Assembly: GCA_965285935.1 (NCBI GenBank)
Contig: OZ260662.1
Coordinates: 36,828,001 to 36,892,000 of the forward strand
Direction: 5' to 3'
DNA from: Ophelia neglecta
Lineage: Eukaryota
Length of the DNA: 64,000 nt
In this document: piece after piece, positions 49,901 to 63,708 of the stretch
Position numbering within the stretch: the stretch's first letter is position 1
Layout of the letters: every line of letters starts with the position of its first letter
Translations under genes and position numbers: made by a program
Notes under the pieces: model-generated
What the model was told of the DNA's origin: nothing
Databases searched by the model: none
What the model saw: the letters and a program-made list of their open reading frames with translations, nothing else

Positions 49901-52900
49901 GAACAAAGCCACATGTACGTCACTAGCATATCGTCTGAAGTAATGGTTATTGTACATAAAAATAGTATATGGAAACATTTGGAAGATACATCTAGATACA
50001 TCCATGAATAAATACAAATTTGCAGCGAACGGAGCACAGGTTGTCCCCATTGGATTCCTACAATTTTGGCGAGAAACCCCCCTTGCTACCTTGACAAAAA
50101 TGTCGTTGACGAGCAAGTATGTCGACATACCTGGTTGTTGCCTTATTAGATAACACCTTATTAATTTGGTGAAAGGAAAGCATTTCTACTGCTTATATTC
50201 ATCAAATGGCAACCTTTTTTTTAAGAAATGTGTTACGAGGTTTTTTAGCCTCAACTTGTAATTATCATGTAGAAGGATAGAGAAGTCAAAGGAAGATAGT
50301 TTGACCGATATCTCCAAGATATTTTCACAGATATTGACTGCCTTCCAGAATCCATACAGGTTTCGGGTACTGGATATTCAGTCCAATATTCCTTAACAAC
50401 CTGCATATATCCTATTAGCATTGCGGTAAAAATGTTGGTAGTGCATTTTGTTCGAAACCGCTATGAACCATTGTTTATATAGGCCTTGTTCAATTTAAGC
50501 TGCCAGCATATAGCTTCCAGTATATTCTAGATACATCCAGACTAGAGGGTTGGTATTGGTTACAAGGGAATAAAGATGCCCTAAAAGAATATTTTGGTGG
50601 GTGTTATTGCACCCATTCTAAATTAAATGAAACGCCCTATTATTGAGACGAAGTAACGGAATGCGATTATACGTTTGTGTGGTCTTACTTTCCTCTCTTG
50701 GGTTCAAACCGATCAAACTGAAGACTTTCCAGCTTCCTCAATTGCGTTTAACTCCATCTTATGCATATTTGTCTAGGTATAAATAGATAAAAGCAGTTTT
50801 TGGCTGCCTTTTATATCTATTGATTATAAAATGGCATGGAAGAAATTGGTACCAAAGCTTTCATTGTTGTTCTGGTCAAAATAGCTACGGCTGTATGGTG
50901 GCACGTTTACTATACTGCAGCTATACATACCGCACTGAATTCAGCAGAGAAAAACGTCTGCTCAAACCCACTATACATAGTGAGCACTATAAGTAGTAGC
51001 TGCTCCTTGTGTCTGAGATGTTTGGCTGTTCCCACTGCCAGACGCGCTAGTTCCTTTCCGCTTACTTTAGGGTCACGAAGGTCACGTGGTAGCTGGTCAA
51101 CCAGTAGGCTAACCAATATCACGGCGGCAACGGCAATAACTATGTAGATACCAACCATAGTCCATACCTGAAAAAGTACATACCTGAAAAAGTACATACT
51201 TATCCTGAATAACATATTAAAAAGAACGAGTGCATTTTCCAGACCAGTTACCACACCATTTGCTCTAAAATGTCCAGGCTTACCGTAGTTTATAAAATTC
51301 ACCACAAAGATCAAAATATTATGATGAGAAAGTCCTGCTCAAGACAATTCTACAGGGGAAATCGCTCACCTGTTTTTTTCCGCAATACAAACAAAGCGAT
51401 TAACTCAAAATTATCTGCTAACCTTACGAATAGGACCTTTTTTTTACCAACCAGTAAATCACCAATCGTTATAGTTTTAGAACAACGATTTACAAAGCTT
51501 TCCTCTTATTGCTCAGAGTTATACGGAATTCTGACTTGTTTGCAATGTAGACAAACGTCTGGAATTTGTAGTCAGCAGGGGGGAAGAAAGAGGCTGAACC
51601 AATATAATTCACGGATGGACCCTGAGGTATTTGAACACTAAATCTTTCACTTTGGATACTATAGATGGAAAGTTGTTAGTATTCGTGTTATTACAGTAGT
51701 ATGATCATAGAGTATTGTGTAAAAAATTTGTAGTGACTTTATTGTATTCTCTTAGATGCATTCTCTCACTTCAGACACCATTGTTCGTATATAATTAAAC
51801 TTCGATTCCTTCTGCAATAAATAAATATGTTAAACTCCATATGACTGTGTTGACTTTTGGCTTACCAAAGAAAAATAAACCCTCCTTGTCACTCGCTGTT
51901 ATATCATCAGGGTTTTATGTAGATTAGAATTAATCACTGTGTTGTTGGGGCAGGAACATACCCGCATCTTAGCGTACTGGCATCAGGTTCTTCTAGATGA
52001 AACTTTCTGGCATTTTGTTGAGACTGTCAGTATACTTTTATCTTAGCGTACTTTAGACTATAGTTGTCGATATTGTAATTAACTCGCACCTTACCGTGTT
52101 TTCATCTGCAGGTACCGGTTCCTTTAGATTCTGATTCTTGATTATTCTGATGATCACATACCTTACTTTGCTGTTATCGGCATTCTCCAAACTGCAGTCA
52201 CTCTATTTTTGGCGGCAGTGGTGAAACCTCATGTTACCATGCTGCATTTGGTTTTTTTTCCAAAATGGGATTACTGGCGTTGTTGTTAAGGCAGACATAG
52301 ATCGTATCATGACGTACTGTGTTGAATATTATTCCAGAGTAGGTTTACCCACATTGGAGTTGACTCATTCAGGAACCCACGTCTTACCGTGCTGTCGTCA
52401 GGTTTCTCCAGATTTGGGTTACTGATGTTGTTTTTAGGGCAGTCATTAACCCCACAGTAAGCGATCACATCCTCGGGGGTGAATTCCGGACTGGATGTGC
52501 CGTTCTTCTCAACCGGTCGCAGCACGGTGAAAGAAATGATGGAACCCACGATGCCCGCTATAGTTGGATGAAATCAATAGGTTGGATAAATGCTATAGTA
52601 TTTATCATTATTTCATTGAGACATAGTCGAAACTCATAGGTATAAAGTTGGAACCCAATATGTGAACACAAACAAGAAGGCATAGGAATACTCTGTGATA
52701 GGCCTAACGACAGTCGCCCTGCCGACAGTTGTCACAACTACTTTGCTCCGCATGACAATGGTACATCTAGAATAGAATCACCCAATTCTGAAATTCGGTA
52801 CATTGGAATGGCTTGTTCGATCAAGTCGGCTCTGTATTTTCCAAATTTGAATGACACAGTAAGCTCCTAGATAATTTAAACATCCACATTTATGTTAGTC

Positions 52901-54340
52901 TTTATGGGACGTATTTTGTCATTGCTTTGGAAATGGTTTCATTTGACCAGATGATCTTAATCTTAATTGAATTCAAATTTCAACAATCAACTTGCATTTT
53001 AAACGATTTTACAATCGTTCATTTAATTTAATTAAACTGACTTTTGAAAAACATAAAATGCATAATCGCCAGGAACTTCAGAAAATGGTCATGTAATAAA
53101 ATATGAATAACCTTACCTTTAATCGTCTATTTTTTTATAGTTAATAATATTTACTTAGACTGTATAGCCAGGCAAACTCACAATAATCATTCGGTAAATA
53201 CAAATTCAATGTTACAACTCATGTTGTCACTAAGTCTATGTCGAACAATTGAACATATTCCACATTCAACGTTTTCTAATTTCTAGCGTGGATTATTTTT
53301 TTGCAAAGTAATGATAAAACAAACATTGACCTTTTAGAAGCGTTTTAGTTATCCATATATAAAAGACCGTTTATTTAATTACATTCTAAATTAAAGGGTT
53401 CGCTAAATGAAGATCCACTATGGTGAATTCCTATTTTAAAAATGGAAATGTAACCGAAATTTGCGTGGATATTCGACAGACAAAGCGAATATTTAGAAAA
53501 TAAAATTCCACTAAATCGGTGCGACATTATCAGACACCATCAGATGTATGCTTCTTAAATTCAATCCCCCTGCAGTACCATGACAACTGTTGTCATTCGG
53601 GCGAATAATTGTGGTGTTGTTTGCAATGACATAGTAGATCATAGTCAACTATTTTCAAGACACCCGGTCCAAACATAGTTTTAAAAATCAACAATTATTT
53701 ATACTAATGACTAGTGGTTATTTATTGAATGACAGGCCAGTTAATTTCCATTGTTATACAGATAGGCTATTTAAATACATTACATGAATAGCTTACACAT
53801 TTGGAAGAACATAAAGAAGATTCCAAAGAATTTCGTGATGACATCTTGCTCTTTCTCGCCTTTCAGCTGAGCGTATCGAACTGCGATTTTGGTAAAGTAT
53901 GAGCATTGGGCTGTCCACAGTGGCGCCGCCGCAAGACCTACGATGATACTAGCTGTGATCATGGTACCCCAGACTGCGTAGCCATTGGCTGCCATCCACA
54001 GGATATATCCCATAAACGAGAGTGGGATGGTCCATTTGTGGCCAATCAGGGAGATGAGCATTTTGGGAAAGAATAAACAGGAAATGAGCAAAGTAGCGTA
54101 GAGCACACTTTGTGTAATAACACCCATGCCATTGACGCGATGAAGGCTGCTCTGGAGACGTGATAAACCCCCAAACGCGCTGAACAGCATGAAAAAGGCT
54201 ATGCTTATAAGAACTATATTCTTCCATATTCGTCGTATTTCTTTCTTAATTTCTATTTCCGTCCATTTCTCGAATGGCCTTCCATCCTGCACAGGCCCGG
54301 GTGTAGCGATGTCTGCATCGCCATTCTTTCCTTCCGTCAT
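46970..54340 (-). CDS. UNC93A: UNC-93-like protein A, paralogue C (6 coding exons, 506 aa)
   Basis: Exons 54340-53797, 52557-52388, 51167-50931, 48103-47968, 47602-47471, 47271-46970; 1521 nt; ATG 54340 (MTEGKNG) aligns with the start of A; exon 3 acceptor is duplicated. Confidence 0.9.
48400..50750 (-). mobile_element. Decayed Penelope-like RT fragment in intron 3 of copy C
   Basis: Orthologous to 39400-41600; YLLVNDIFVK...NPMGTTCAPLAANLYL seen three times because of the triplication. Confidence 0.6.
48651..50153. repeat. 500-bp tandem triplication
   Basis: Units start at 48651, 49151, 49651 (TAAGGTTATTAATTTGG); TAA microhomology at junctions; single copy in B. Confidence 0.95.
51885..52445 (-). 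repeat. Degenerate exon 2/intron 2 junction array (copy C)
   Basis: Orthologous to 42700-43250 with the same unit order. Confidence 0.65.
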
Positions 54341-54800
54341 TTGTCGAGATCGGTGTATTGACGTGATTAATGTATCCAACCACTCTTTGCTAAATATTAA
54401 TGCGAAAACGCCTATAGTATGTTTTATATGTAATATGTAATATGCTTCTAAAAGGGCTATGTTTGTTAGCAAAGTACTTTTATCTTATCAGGTGCAATGA
54501 GTGTTGCCTTCATTATGGACTATTTAATTGGTTCAAACCACTCACAAGCTCTTCATACTTCGACTCCCCGGGCGTTGTCCCGCTGTTGTTAGGGAGCCAA
54601 TACTTCATTGCGGCAATAAATCATATGAAAGCAAATTGAAAATAATGAATTTAATGAAGTACACTTTAATGTTGTTAACATCAATTGATATAATCAATAT
54701 TCTTTTTCAAGAAACACTTGAGATATTGTGACTATTTATGAGGCCTTTAGTGGCCCTTAACTTTAAACTTTACTATTCGTGGTGATCATAGAGACAGTGA

Positions 54801-54997
54801 CTCTGGCGGATTCAGGTGGGAGGGGTCTCCCCCCCCCCCCCCTCTTTAACCAAAAAGTGGGCCAAGACCGGGGCGTATTTCTTGACCCACGCAAGGTGCT
54901 TTCAGAGGGTTGGCAACGGGGACACTCCGACATTTTCCTTGACAGCCTTGGAAAATTTGACCCACCCCCCCTTCTTGAAATCCTAGATTCGCCGCTG
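54801..54997. mobile_element. Degenerate MITE with GGCGGAT-type termini
   Basis: Left CTCTGGCGGATTCAGG, right CCTAGATTCGCCGCTG, subterminal C-runs; TIR imperfect and TSD not resolved. Confidence 0.4.
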
Positions 54998-55328
54998 TTA
55001 CGAGTGGCTTAAATGATAAGCAATTTATTAAACAATTCAGCATGTAAGGAATATTATATGAGTACATGATCACAATTTACATACCCCAAAAACAATAATA
55101 ACATGCACATTTAACTCAACCCACTTTAATATAATAACGTAAAACCAGCCTAGAAATAGGACAATTGCCACAATATGCTCTACCCAAATCCGAATTAATC
55201 CATAACACGGTCCAAAACATTGCCTGGAGCACACAAAAAACAAAACCGTTAACATAACACGCTACATCTCCACTGTCCGTCTGCTCTATTCGAACTTTTC
55301 CTCTCGTTTGAGTATGGGCAAGTCTTGT

Positions 55329-55366
55329 TTTAAATAGCCATACTCCGCTGAGTCCCGCGCATGCGC
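55329..55366 (-). promoter_or_regulatory. Candidate promoter of UNC93A C (NRF1-type palindrome and TATA-like box)
   Basis: GCGCATGCGC at 55357-55366, with TATTTAAA (minus strand, 55329-55336) about 20 bp downstream, ~1 kb upstream of the ATG; motif match only. Confidence 0.3.
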
Positions 55367-55628
55367 CCTGAGGCCTGGGCCTGGTCACTTGCTCCCTACA
55401 GCTCGGAAGCAACACCTGCTGGAGCGCTCCCATCCAGTTAGTAGAAACTACGCCTTAAATAATCTATATAGTTAATCCATGAATATTAAATAAACTACGC
55501 AAACAGTTAGACAAATAATTAAATATACTATTTTTGAATGTAAAAGCTCAAATCCGTTACAGTATAAACGATGGAGATGGGCCAATGTTACCAGCAATCA
55601 TATTGTTAATGAAACAGCATTACAAATG

Positions 55629-55790
55629 CAGTGAAACCTGTGTTTGTGGTCACCTGCCCACTAAGGTCACTATGTAATACCCCGATCCACATTTATGCAT
55701 GTGTTAACTGGCCTGCCTATTAAGGTCTCCTACATAATGTGGTCATATTTTTCCAGTCGCTTAACCGACCTGATTTGACAGGTTTCACTG
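55629..55790. mobile_element. Tc1/mariner-pogo-type MITE (162 bp)
   Basis: 13-bp TIR CAGTGAAACCTGT / ACAGGTTTCACTG; TA on the right, TG on the left. Confidence 0.7.
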
Positions 55791-58700
55791 TAATATAAGT
55801 GGCAGTTATTCCTAGTGTGGTTTTTGTTTTTGAATGGTAATATATGTGTACCGCTGATATAGGTAAGGCCAGTTTCTGATCCATGTTGATATTCCTTTCC
55901 AATTACTAAATGAATACTAAACATTGGGCCTTCAATGTGTTTCCTTGGTTCCTTTAAATCAAAACCTCTTTGAGAAGAATTACAGCTCAGAACGTGTTAA
56001 AGGCTTCAGTGAAGTTCTTTATGCTCGTAGCTTTGCCTCGGAAGATCCAGTCCGATCGATGTAGTTTACTTCCTGTCAGATATTTCAGCAGGTCATGAAA
56101 CAGCTGGGGAATAGCCGTTCAACTGTTCTGATTCAGAAAGTCAGGATGCTCTTAAGAGATTCCATCAAACGCTTAAAACAATGATTACTTTTAGTCTTGA
56201 TACGGGTAAAGATTGGGATGAGGAAGTTCCATTTCTCTTGTTTGCGTAAGGGAAGTAGTTCAGGAGTCTCTGGGATTTAGCCCATTTATATTTGTGTTTG
56301 GACACACCGTGAGGGGGTCTCTTTAGGTATTGAAAGAGTAATGGTTGGAAAAACCGAAGTAATGTTTTTGATTGTGTCTTAACCTTTAAGGCTTGTGTAC
56401 TGGCCAGTCAGAAGTTTCGAGCGGCTCAAAATTCAGCGATTTTATCTTTGCACCTCTAGCAATCATCTTGATTAGTTCTATTTCTGCAAGTTGGCACTAG
56501 GCTACCTACTAGGAAATGCAGATAGAACGATGCAAAATAATATTTTGGGCATATGAGAAGTATACAACTCCCAGTGAACGTTGTATGGCATTACAACATA
56601 GAACGATGTGTAGACTGTTGAACTCCGATTGATGAGTAGTTTCTGGTATAGTGGATTTTTCGCTATTCGATTAACAGTTCCGATATCTGCTTGTCAGGTA
56701 ACCACTTTGTTTAACGCAATTACTTTAATCAAGATATCCGCCGGTGAGGTAAGCATAATATTAAACACAAATTTATATGCCAGTAATTTTGCCCGATATA
56801 TAACAACTATATTTACTTAATGCCATGGCTTTCAATGAAAATGGGAAGAATTGACAAATGAATTGAACCCGCAGACAGTAAGGAGGGGTACTTCAACGTC
56901 AACGTATAGTATCACTATTTATTGGCAGTAGACTTCACTCAAACAGTACATGAAACCTTAATATAAAACACCCATCGTAACGCTTTTACAGTATGCAACG
57001 TGCATACTAGCTAAGTTTCATAGCTCTGGGGCCATTTTTAATGTCTGTTAACATGGGACCACTGACAGAGCTATGCAGCGAGGCATCTGGACAGCTAGTG
57101 CAGCAGGAAATTGTTGTGCTTATGGCGACTATATCGGGGTGTGGGGTGGGGGAATGGAGGTTGACTTTCTGTATTCTAGGGTGGCGATGCTCCTCGCAGT
57201 TTCATATATGGTCCTTATGACAACGAAAATCCTCAAAAATGTATCCATATGATAATTTATTTCGAAAATGTACCCACTTGATTAATCTTTTCCGAAAAAT
57301 GTTACCAATTGATTAATATTTTTCTAAAAGGTAGCTTTTTGATGAAATTATTATTCCGAAAAATGAACAGTTTTTTAAGAAAAAATCACCAGAAAAGCTG
57401 AAAATAAAACGCTTTATATAAACCTACAAATGTGATGACAAATTCGATAGCATCCTTATAACAAAGATACCCAATTTGATAGGGAGAGAATCGTGAAAGA
57501 TATTCTTTACAGCAGTTCATCCATGGGTGTGCCCCCCCCCCCCCCCCCCCGATACACACACACAAACAAACACACATGTCTATATATACATGTATATATA
57601 CCGTCATGGGTACAAGTTGTCCGAGTGACCTAGCTAGGCTCTGGGAATATTTCACCCGCCACCTGCTAGGCGTAACCGGATCCAACTATTTATACAGGGT
57701 GTACGGTACCCGCCCAGAGCCAGCTTTCACTAGGCTGATCCAACGAGGTTCTGGACGAAACGTGATATGGCTTGCCTGGACTCTGCTAAACTTTTAAGCC
57801 AGCCTCGACGCCGTCATATCATGATTTTCCGTAGACCTAGGCCTATATCGTGTTATCAGATGAGCTTTCATTTAAGTCGCACCATTTTATAAGCAAACTG
57901 GGGGGGGGGGGGGGCGTGATAATTTTAGAAGAAAAACCTGCCATATATTTGGGGAAAACATGTTTGTGTTCAGGTACAATACATTTGTTCCGTGCCAGGC
58001 TGCTCCCTCTCCGTGCGTGAATTTAGTCCCACGCTAACATTTTTACTGTTAAAGTGTGCTGCATGTTCTGGATGGAGTACTTGGAAAACTAAAAATGTTA
58101 AGAAAAAGTCCGCACTAATAATGAATAATTATGGGGAAAAAACGAAAAGCCCAAGGTCCATAAAATCTAGACAAGATGTGCATTTGACCAAAAAAATATG
58201 ACTGCCTAGGGTAGGGTAAACCCTGACAATTTACCATTAAAAGTAACACTCTGTGCATATCATGATTTAAGTGATTTGACCTTGAAAATAGACATCAAGG
58301 TCAAATGTGGGAACTAAGATGCGCAAGGTATGCTCTCCTAGATATACGCTCCCAATGTTGTTCTAGCTCTCTAAGCGAAGCTTAAATCCATATTTAAGTG
58401 ATTTTTACCTTGAAGATAGATTTCCAATATGCAAATACCATTGAATTCGCGGATCATCCTATTCTAAAGCATCTTAGTAGTAGTTAAAGGTATATGTATA
58501 ATATTAAAGGAGTTAGACTGCATATTAATTCAGTGATACAATGTTTTTACCCTCACACTGGCGTGGCAACGGAGATTGCCCTAAAACAATTTCTGACCAG
58601 GTTTTGGCTTATTCCGGATGGCAAAAAAAGATGAATAAAAAAACTTTTCTTAATATCGCACGACAACGAGAAACGCAATGAAAGCGACCCTGGCGGCCAT

Positions 58701-61448
58701 ATTTTCTTTTCCGAAGAACAGTTCCCGACCAGATGATGGCATATTCTAACTGCCCAAAATAAACGGAATAAAAAGAATGCAAGGTTTTCCATTATCGCGT
58801 GACAAAGGATTCAAATACTGGACTTCAGACAAAAGATTTATGATGCTCCGGTTCAATGAAAAATAATATGTCCCCCTACTTTATATTAGTATGTAGGCCC
58901 TACGGGCGATATTGAAAGGCGGTTTTTAGTAGCTTATAGGTGACAAAATTGTTTGTTTTTGCTTTTATTTCTGGGAAAGTAAAAAAATTGCATATTTTTC
59001 TCGCTCTCAAAAAAAATCTTTTCTCCCCCCCCCCCCCCCCACATTTTAATGGTTCTTATCTTGTCTTTGGTCTTCTGTATTCCATGGGTATAATATAACT
59101 GTTGGCGGTTACTCGGACCATACCAACAAATTGCTTTACACTGCCGTGGTATTTTGAACGCAGGTTACCAAGGTAACTCTAGGTCAGTAGAAAATGACCT
59201 CCCAACCGTTCTGTTAATACAAGGGAGTGTTTGATTTTAACATTCCAGAGTCCGGCAAATAAGAAGTGGATAAAGTGTTTTGACAGGTTGCTGAAGGGAG
59301 GGGGAGAGTTTATAGAACCCTTCCAATGCACATATTATTATGACAAAAAGTACGAAAGAATCTAATATCGCAAGTAATCAGCAGAGAACAATGAATGCGA
59401 TCACAGATTAGCCCGATAAAGAGCAGACGGGACTTCCATTGATTACTGTTAACTCTAATTGCAAATTTTAGAAAATCGAGAAAGAGCAAGCGATTTAACC
59501 GCTTAGAGTTAAGCGACGTTCTATAAACCAAATGATAGACCAATTTTGTGAATCGCCATGCCGTGTACTAACCACCAATGGAGTAGTGGCTCGTTTAGCA
59601 GTGCCATTTCTCTGACTCTACTTAATCTAAAGTGTCCACAAGTCAATAGAGTGGGCACGTTTGTAGAAAAGCAAATCCAAGCATTCACCAAAGTCCATGT
59701 AGAATCAGCATCTTAAGGTTCTGTTTAGTATAGGGTGATGCTCGTTGCTCCGAATTAGGATTCGTGCTTAGAAATTTATTACTAGTATGTGGATTTGCAG
59801 TTGTAAAGTTTGATTGGGGCTGGTGCTCCTCGTTGGCCTTGGGTGAGTGTTGGTGAATGGGATTCCGATTTTTATGGCCATGTTCTTACTCATGCAAACA
59901 TTTACTGATTATGTTTGTGTATGCTTCCGTATGAACGTTGATGGGATTCGAGTTTAGGAATTTATAATGTGGTTAAATAAGTGGTAAATTCCAGGCTGCA
60001 ATGCATTGCTTAGTCAGGATTGAATTTGCTCTGCATATGCAAAATTTTAATGAGTAAAACTTGTTGCAGTGTGGTGAATATCATGGTTACTTGTTAACAC
60101 GTACTATATTTTTTTTTTACAAAACGTGACATGTGTAAGTCGATGAGTGTACAGACAAGGCCTGTCCCAGAACTGTTTTGTCTTTCGGCTTCCTTGTTTG
60201 AGAGTTTATACATGATACATATAGAAACTAGCCAGCGTTTACAGCTGGAAGCGCCGTGCCTCGCCCAGCCTCTGGTATATCCCACCATCAGAACAACTTG
60301 GCACAAGACAAGCCAGGTATGTGAGATATATTATTATAACCACTGCCAGCCCAAGCCCATAAAAACTTTACATAAAGGCGGTTAAGTGAATACATACAGG
60401 GCACAGCATGCACCACCGAATCGCCGGAAAATGTCCGGTTGGTAACGTTATAGATTACCTTCAGATGCTGCTATGCTGCCGCAATGACTGCCCGTATATA
60501 TGCCGCCAGAAAGGGTCGTTTTTATAAATTTCCTCTTTATAAGAGTCTGTTTTTCACAGAAATTCTCTTTATAAAGGGTTGTTCTAACAGCAGACTCTCA
60601 GACCTTGGACGCTCAGTCATTTGCTCAATGAGTTAGAGAAGCTAGTCCGTCCTGGAACGCTGGGCATTCCAGGATCAAAGGACAAACGTTTAGATTAGAC
60701 AAATAAGCAGTCTTATATCAACTCATGATATTGAAAACAGCGCATGGGCCCCGGTATGGGCTCGAGAGACGGTGGGGCAGCCAGTCTTCATATAATATTG
60801 ACCTTTGTAACTCAGTCAATAACGTAGTTCTATTATTTAATTTGTGTCGGCCGAATGGTCTCTTTATTAATTGTGAACTAATTAAACTGTGTTTTCATTT
60901 GCAAACAGATTTGCAAGTAATAACATATTCAGTAATTTATCGATCAGTAGGAAATATTTTGGTATACACCTAATTTGTTATCAATAATTCTGAAACATGA
61001 ACTAGAAGTATTATATTCATTGACAAACAAAATTCTATCATAAGGATGTTTCATAGCTTTAAAAATGTTTTAATTATTTTTATCATTGCTTATTAATCCT
61101 GATCGATTTATTGATAAGTGACTTGAAACTCTTCCCCCACCCCACCCCCATTCATACAACTAACGCAACCGCTTGTGTCGTAGTTTGATTATCATAACCT
61201 ATAGGAGCTCAGCGGCCGCACCCGCACAAGCCGTTTTTCTGCGCAGCTCTATCAACGCACAGATCGAGAAAACTATATCGTTTTGATGCGATATCAGTTC
61301 AAATAGAAAAGCTATTTCACACTTGAGGTGTGCAGCGAAGGAAGAGGGCGAATTTCCGTATTGGCATACATCGATTATATACCGTTGAGTCAGGTCTGCA
61401 AGTAGATTAACGTTGTTCCACATCTGATGCCAGTGCTAGAATAACAGG

Positions 61449-61493
61449 ATGCTGAAACTTTGCTGTTTGCTTCTGGGCCTGTGCATTGCTGAG
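61449..61493 (+). CDS. Candidate first coding exon encoding a signal peptide
   Basis: ATG...MLKLCCLLLGLCIAE followed by GAG|GTAAAG donor, downstream of a CpG-richer stretch at 61200-61360; no downstream exon identified in the window. Confidence 0.3.
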
Positions 61494-61971
61494 GTAAAGT
61501 ATAAACCTATGGAATATAAAGCTATTGTTAAAGACTTGGCTAGGGCATGAAATAAATAGGCTCATGAAAAAAATAGTGTAACGTGTTAGGCCTTCTGCTC
61601 AGAACTAAACTGAATTTGGGTGGAGATATTTTAACCCTTGTAACGACGGGGTTGTAACTAACACGTTAGAAATTCCAACATAAGTCAATGCCAAATTTAT
61701 CAGCATTTATCTTGTTTCTTCTAAATTATACCGAGACCAAAAATACCAATACATGCTTCGAGTACATTACGCTATTACCATTCTGCAATATTATATAGCT
61801 CAGGCAAAACAGTTTTGGCTGACTTTCCACCTTCTCCCATTATAGCTGTAGACAGCGTATATATTCATTCAAATGACATGGTTGGTATGAACGCTGTGAC
61901 GGGAGCAACATGAATATGGACTAGTATTTTATTTTAAGATTAACAGTTGCGCTGAAATCATTTTGAATGAC

Positions 61972-62992
61972 TTAGCATAGGCCTATGCCATTCTGAATTA
62001 AGTTTGGAATTCCGAGACGCTTGAGCAGAGCAGAGACACTTGCACTATAATCAAAGTCACCAGTAATACACCGGGCTGCTCGGTTTTGAAGGCGTTGTAA
62101 CTTCTTAATATTTGAAACTGAGCTATAGCCCCATAAGGTCAGACAATAGTCGAAGTGAGGCTGAACAATAGTAAAATATATTTTCACTAAGATATGCTCA
62201 CTGACCTTATGCCTAAGTCGGCGTAGAATGCCAATTTTAGGAGACACTTTCCTACATAGATTGGAAATATGTTCATCCCAGGTTAGGCACTGGTCGATTG
62301 TGCATCCAAGGTATTTTGTGGATGGTACACAATCTAATGCGACACTACTTATTTCTATATGCAAGTTTTCTGAGGATCGGACCTTAGGAGTGGATCCCAC
62401 TCTCATAACACAACCTTTACTGGCATTTGTTGATAGACGATTTTTACAAAACCATGCGACAAGCCTATCAGCATTACATTGTAGCACACTTTCCACCTCG
62501 TCAAAGTTGTCGGCGAGTGTGTACAACGCTGTATCGTCAGCGAAGAGGTTACTGAATGCATTAACAATGGACGTGGGCAGGTCATTGATAAATAACAGAA
62601 AGAGTAACGGTCCAAGCACAGAGCCCTGTGGCACTCCGTATTCAATTTGCAAAAAAGAGGAAAGTGTCTCATTTACTAAAACAGCTTGTTTTCTATCAGT
62701 TAAAATAACTCTCAAACCATAGATTGCAGGTACCGCGAATACCACCCGGCATAATGTTCCAGTTTAGTGAGTAGGACGCTATGGTCTATGGTATTGAAAC
62801 ATTTTTGCAGGTCAAAAAAGCATATTCCACCAACCAGGCTTTCGTTAACACCGTCCAATAGGTCAGCTATGACCCTATGTAATGATGTTTCTGTAGAATG
62901 GTATTTTCTATAGGCAGACTGGTCCGGTGAAAGAAAATTATGTTCACTGAGATAGGCTTTTAGTTGGTTCTGAACAATTTTTTCAAATATTT
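61972..62992 (-). mobile_element. Crack/Daphne-like (L2/CR1 group) LINE RT fragment
   Basis: QSAYRKYHSTET, FFDLQKCFNTIDH, GVPQGSVLGPLLFLLFINDLP, LFADDT, QPHFDYC, LQRLQNRAAR; frameshift near 62745; truncated at both ends. Confidence 0.88.
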
Positions 62993-62994
62993 TT

Positions 62995-63293
62995 ACATTC
63001 TGTTTTGACATTTGAAGGCCTGTATCAGCTGATGGGTGCAAGATATCAACTATATATGTATAAGACACCTGAAGGAAACCATATGAGGGGATTCTTTTGG
63101 TGACCTAGATGTTGACCTTTGACCTACTTTTGAAATTTCAAGCTCTGTATCAGCGTTGGTCACCTACATTTTGGCTTTAACCTACTTTTGAAATTTGAAG
63201 ACAGCCCTGTATCAGCTTAACGGTGAGAATAAGCCAATCGATTAGGGTGAAGCCTAGAAACTGAGCAAAGCTCAGTTTCAGAGATCTAGTTTA
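62995..63293 (+). mobile_element. Possible Helentron/Helitron-derived non-autonomous element, 3' part
   Basis: TGACCT-rich internal repeats, a perfect 10-bp hairpin GAAACTGAGC-AAA-GCTCAGTTTC (63257-63279), then CTAG-TTT. Confidence 0.4.
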
Positions 63294-63708
63294 ATTTGGA
63301 CCTTTTTATATAGAGGAAAATTATTTAATTTTGTATTGACGTTTAGGTCGGATATTTGTCCTCAATTTCAGAACGAGCATTTCTGTTTAAGTTCCTCAGC
63401 ACGGTCAACAATTTTAACGCTGATTTGGTTTATTATATATGGTGTACTAATCACCAGCACACAGTTATGTTTTTTCATCATTAATCTGCAGGGTGTTATC
63501 TCACACTCAGAGACTAATTTAATCTACATTGTTCAACAGAATGTAAACATTTGTAAAACAACGTTAGTACGTAGATCTGAATCAAAAGAGATAGGCTATA
63601 GAGCGCTGACTGTCCTCAGCAGTCATGTGTCACGTAGTTATTGAGCAATGTCGGGTTATTTTACGCAGCAGTGCGCGAAATTTCCCGACTTTACCCTATA
63701 TATACCAA

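Larger units (their letters stand above)
36700..54250. repeat. Tandem segmental duplication carrying UNC93A B and C (period about 9.1 kb)
   Basis: Block ~36700-45030 aligns with ~45790-54250 through 3' flank, all introns and exons; homology is lost in the first ~80 coding nt and upstream. Confidence 0.9.

Noticed and set aside
54341-54472. 44-aa N-terminal extension of UNC93A C in the ORF track
   Set aside because: Begins at a non-ATG codon; ATG 54340 aligns with copy A and gives the same 544-nt exon.
55930-56830. Another decayed Penelope-like element
   Set aside because: Only faint, frameshifted hints of RT motifs; not supportable by eye.
57137-57551. DNA transposon with G-run and C-run ends
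   Set aside because: Looks like a repeat family, but no clean TIR or TSD could be defined.
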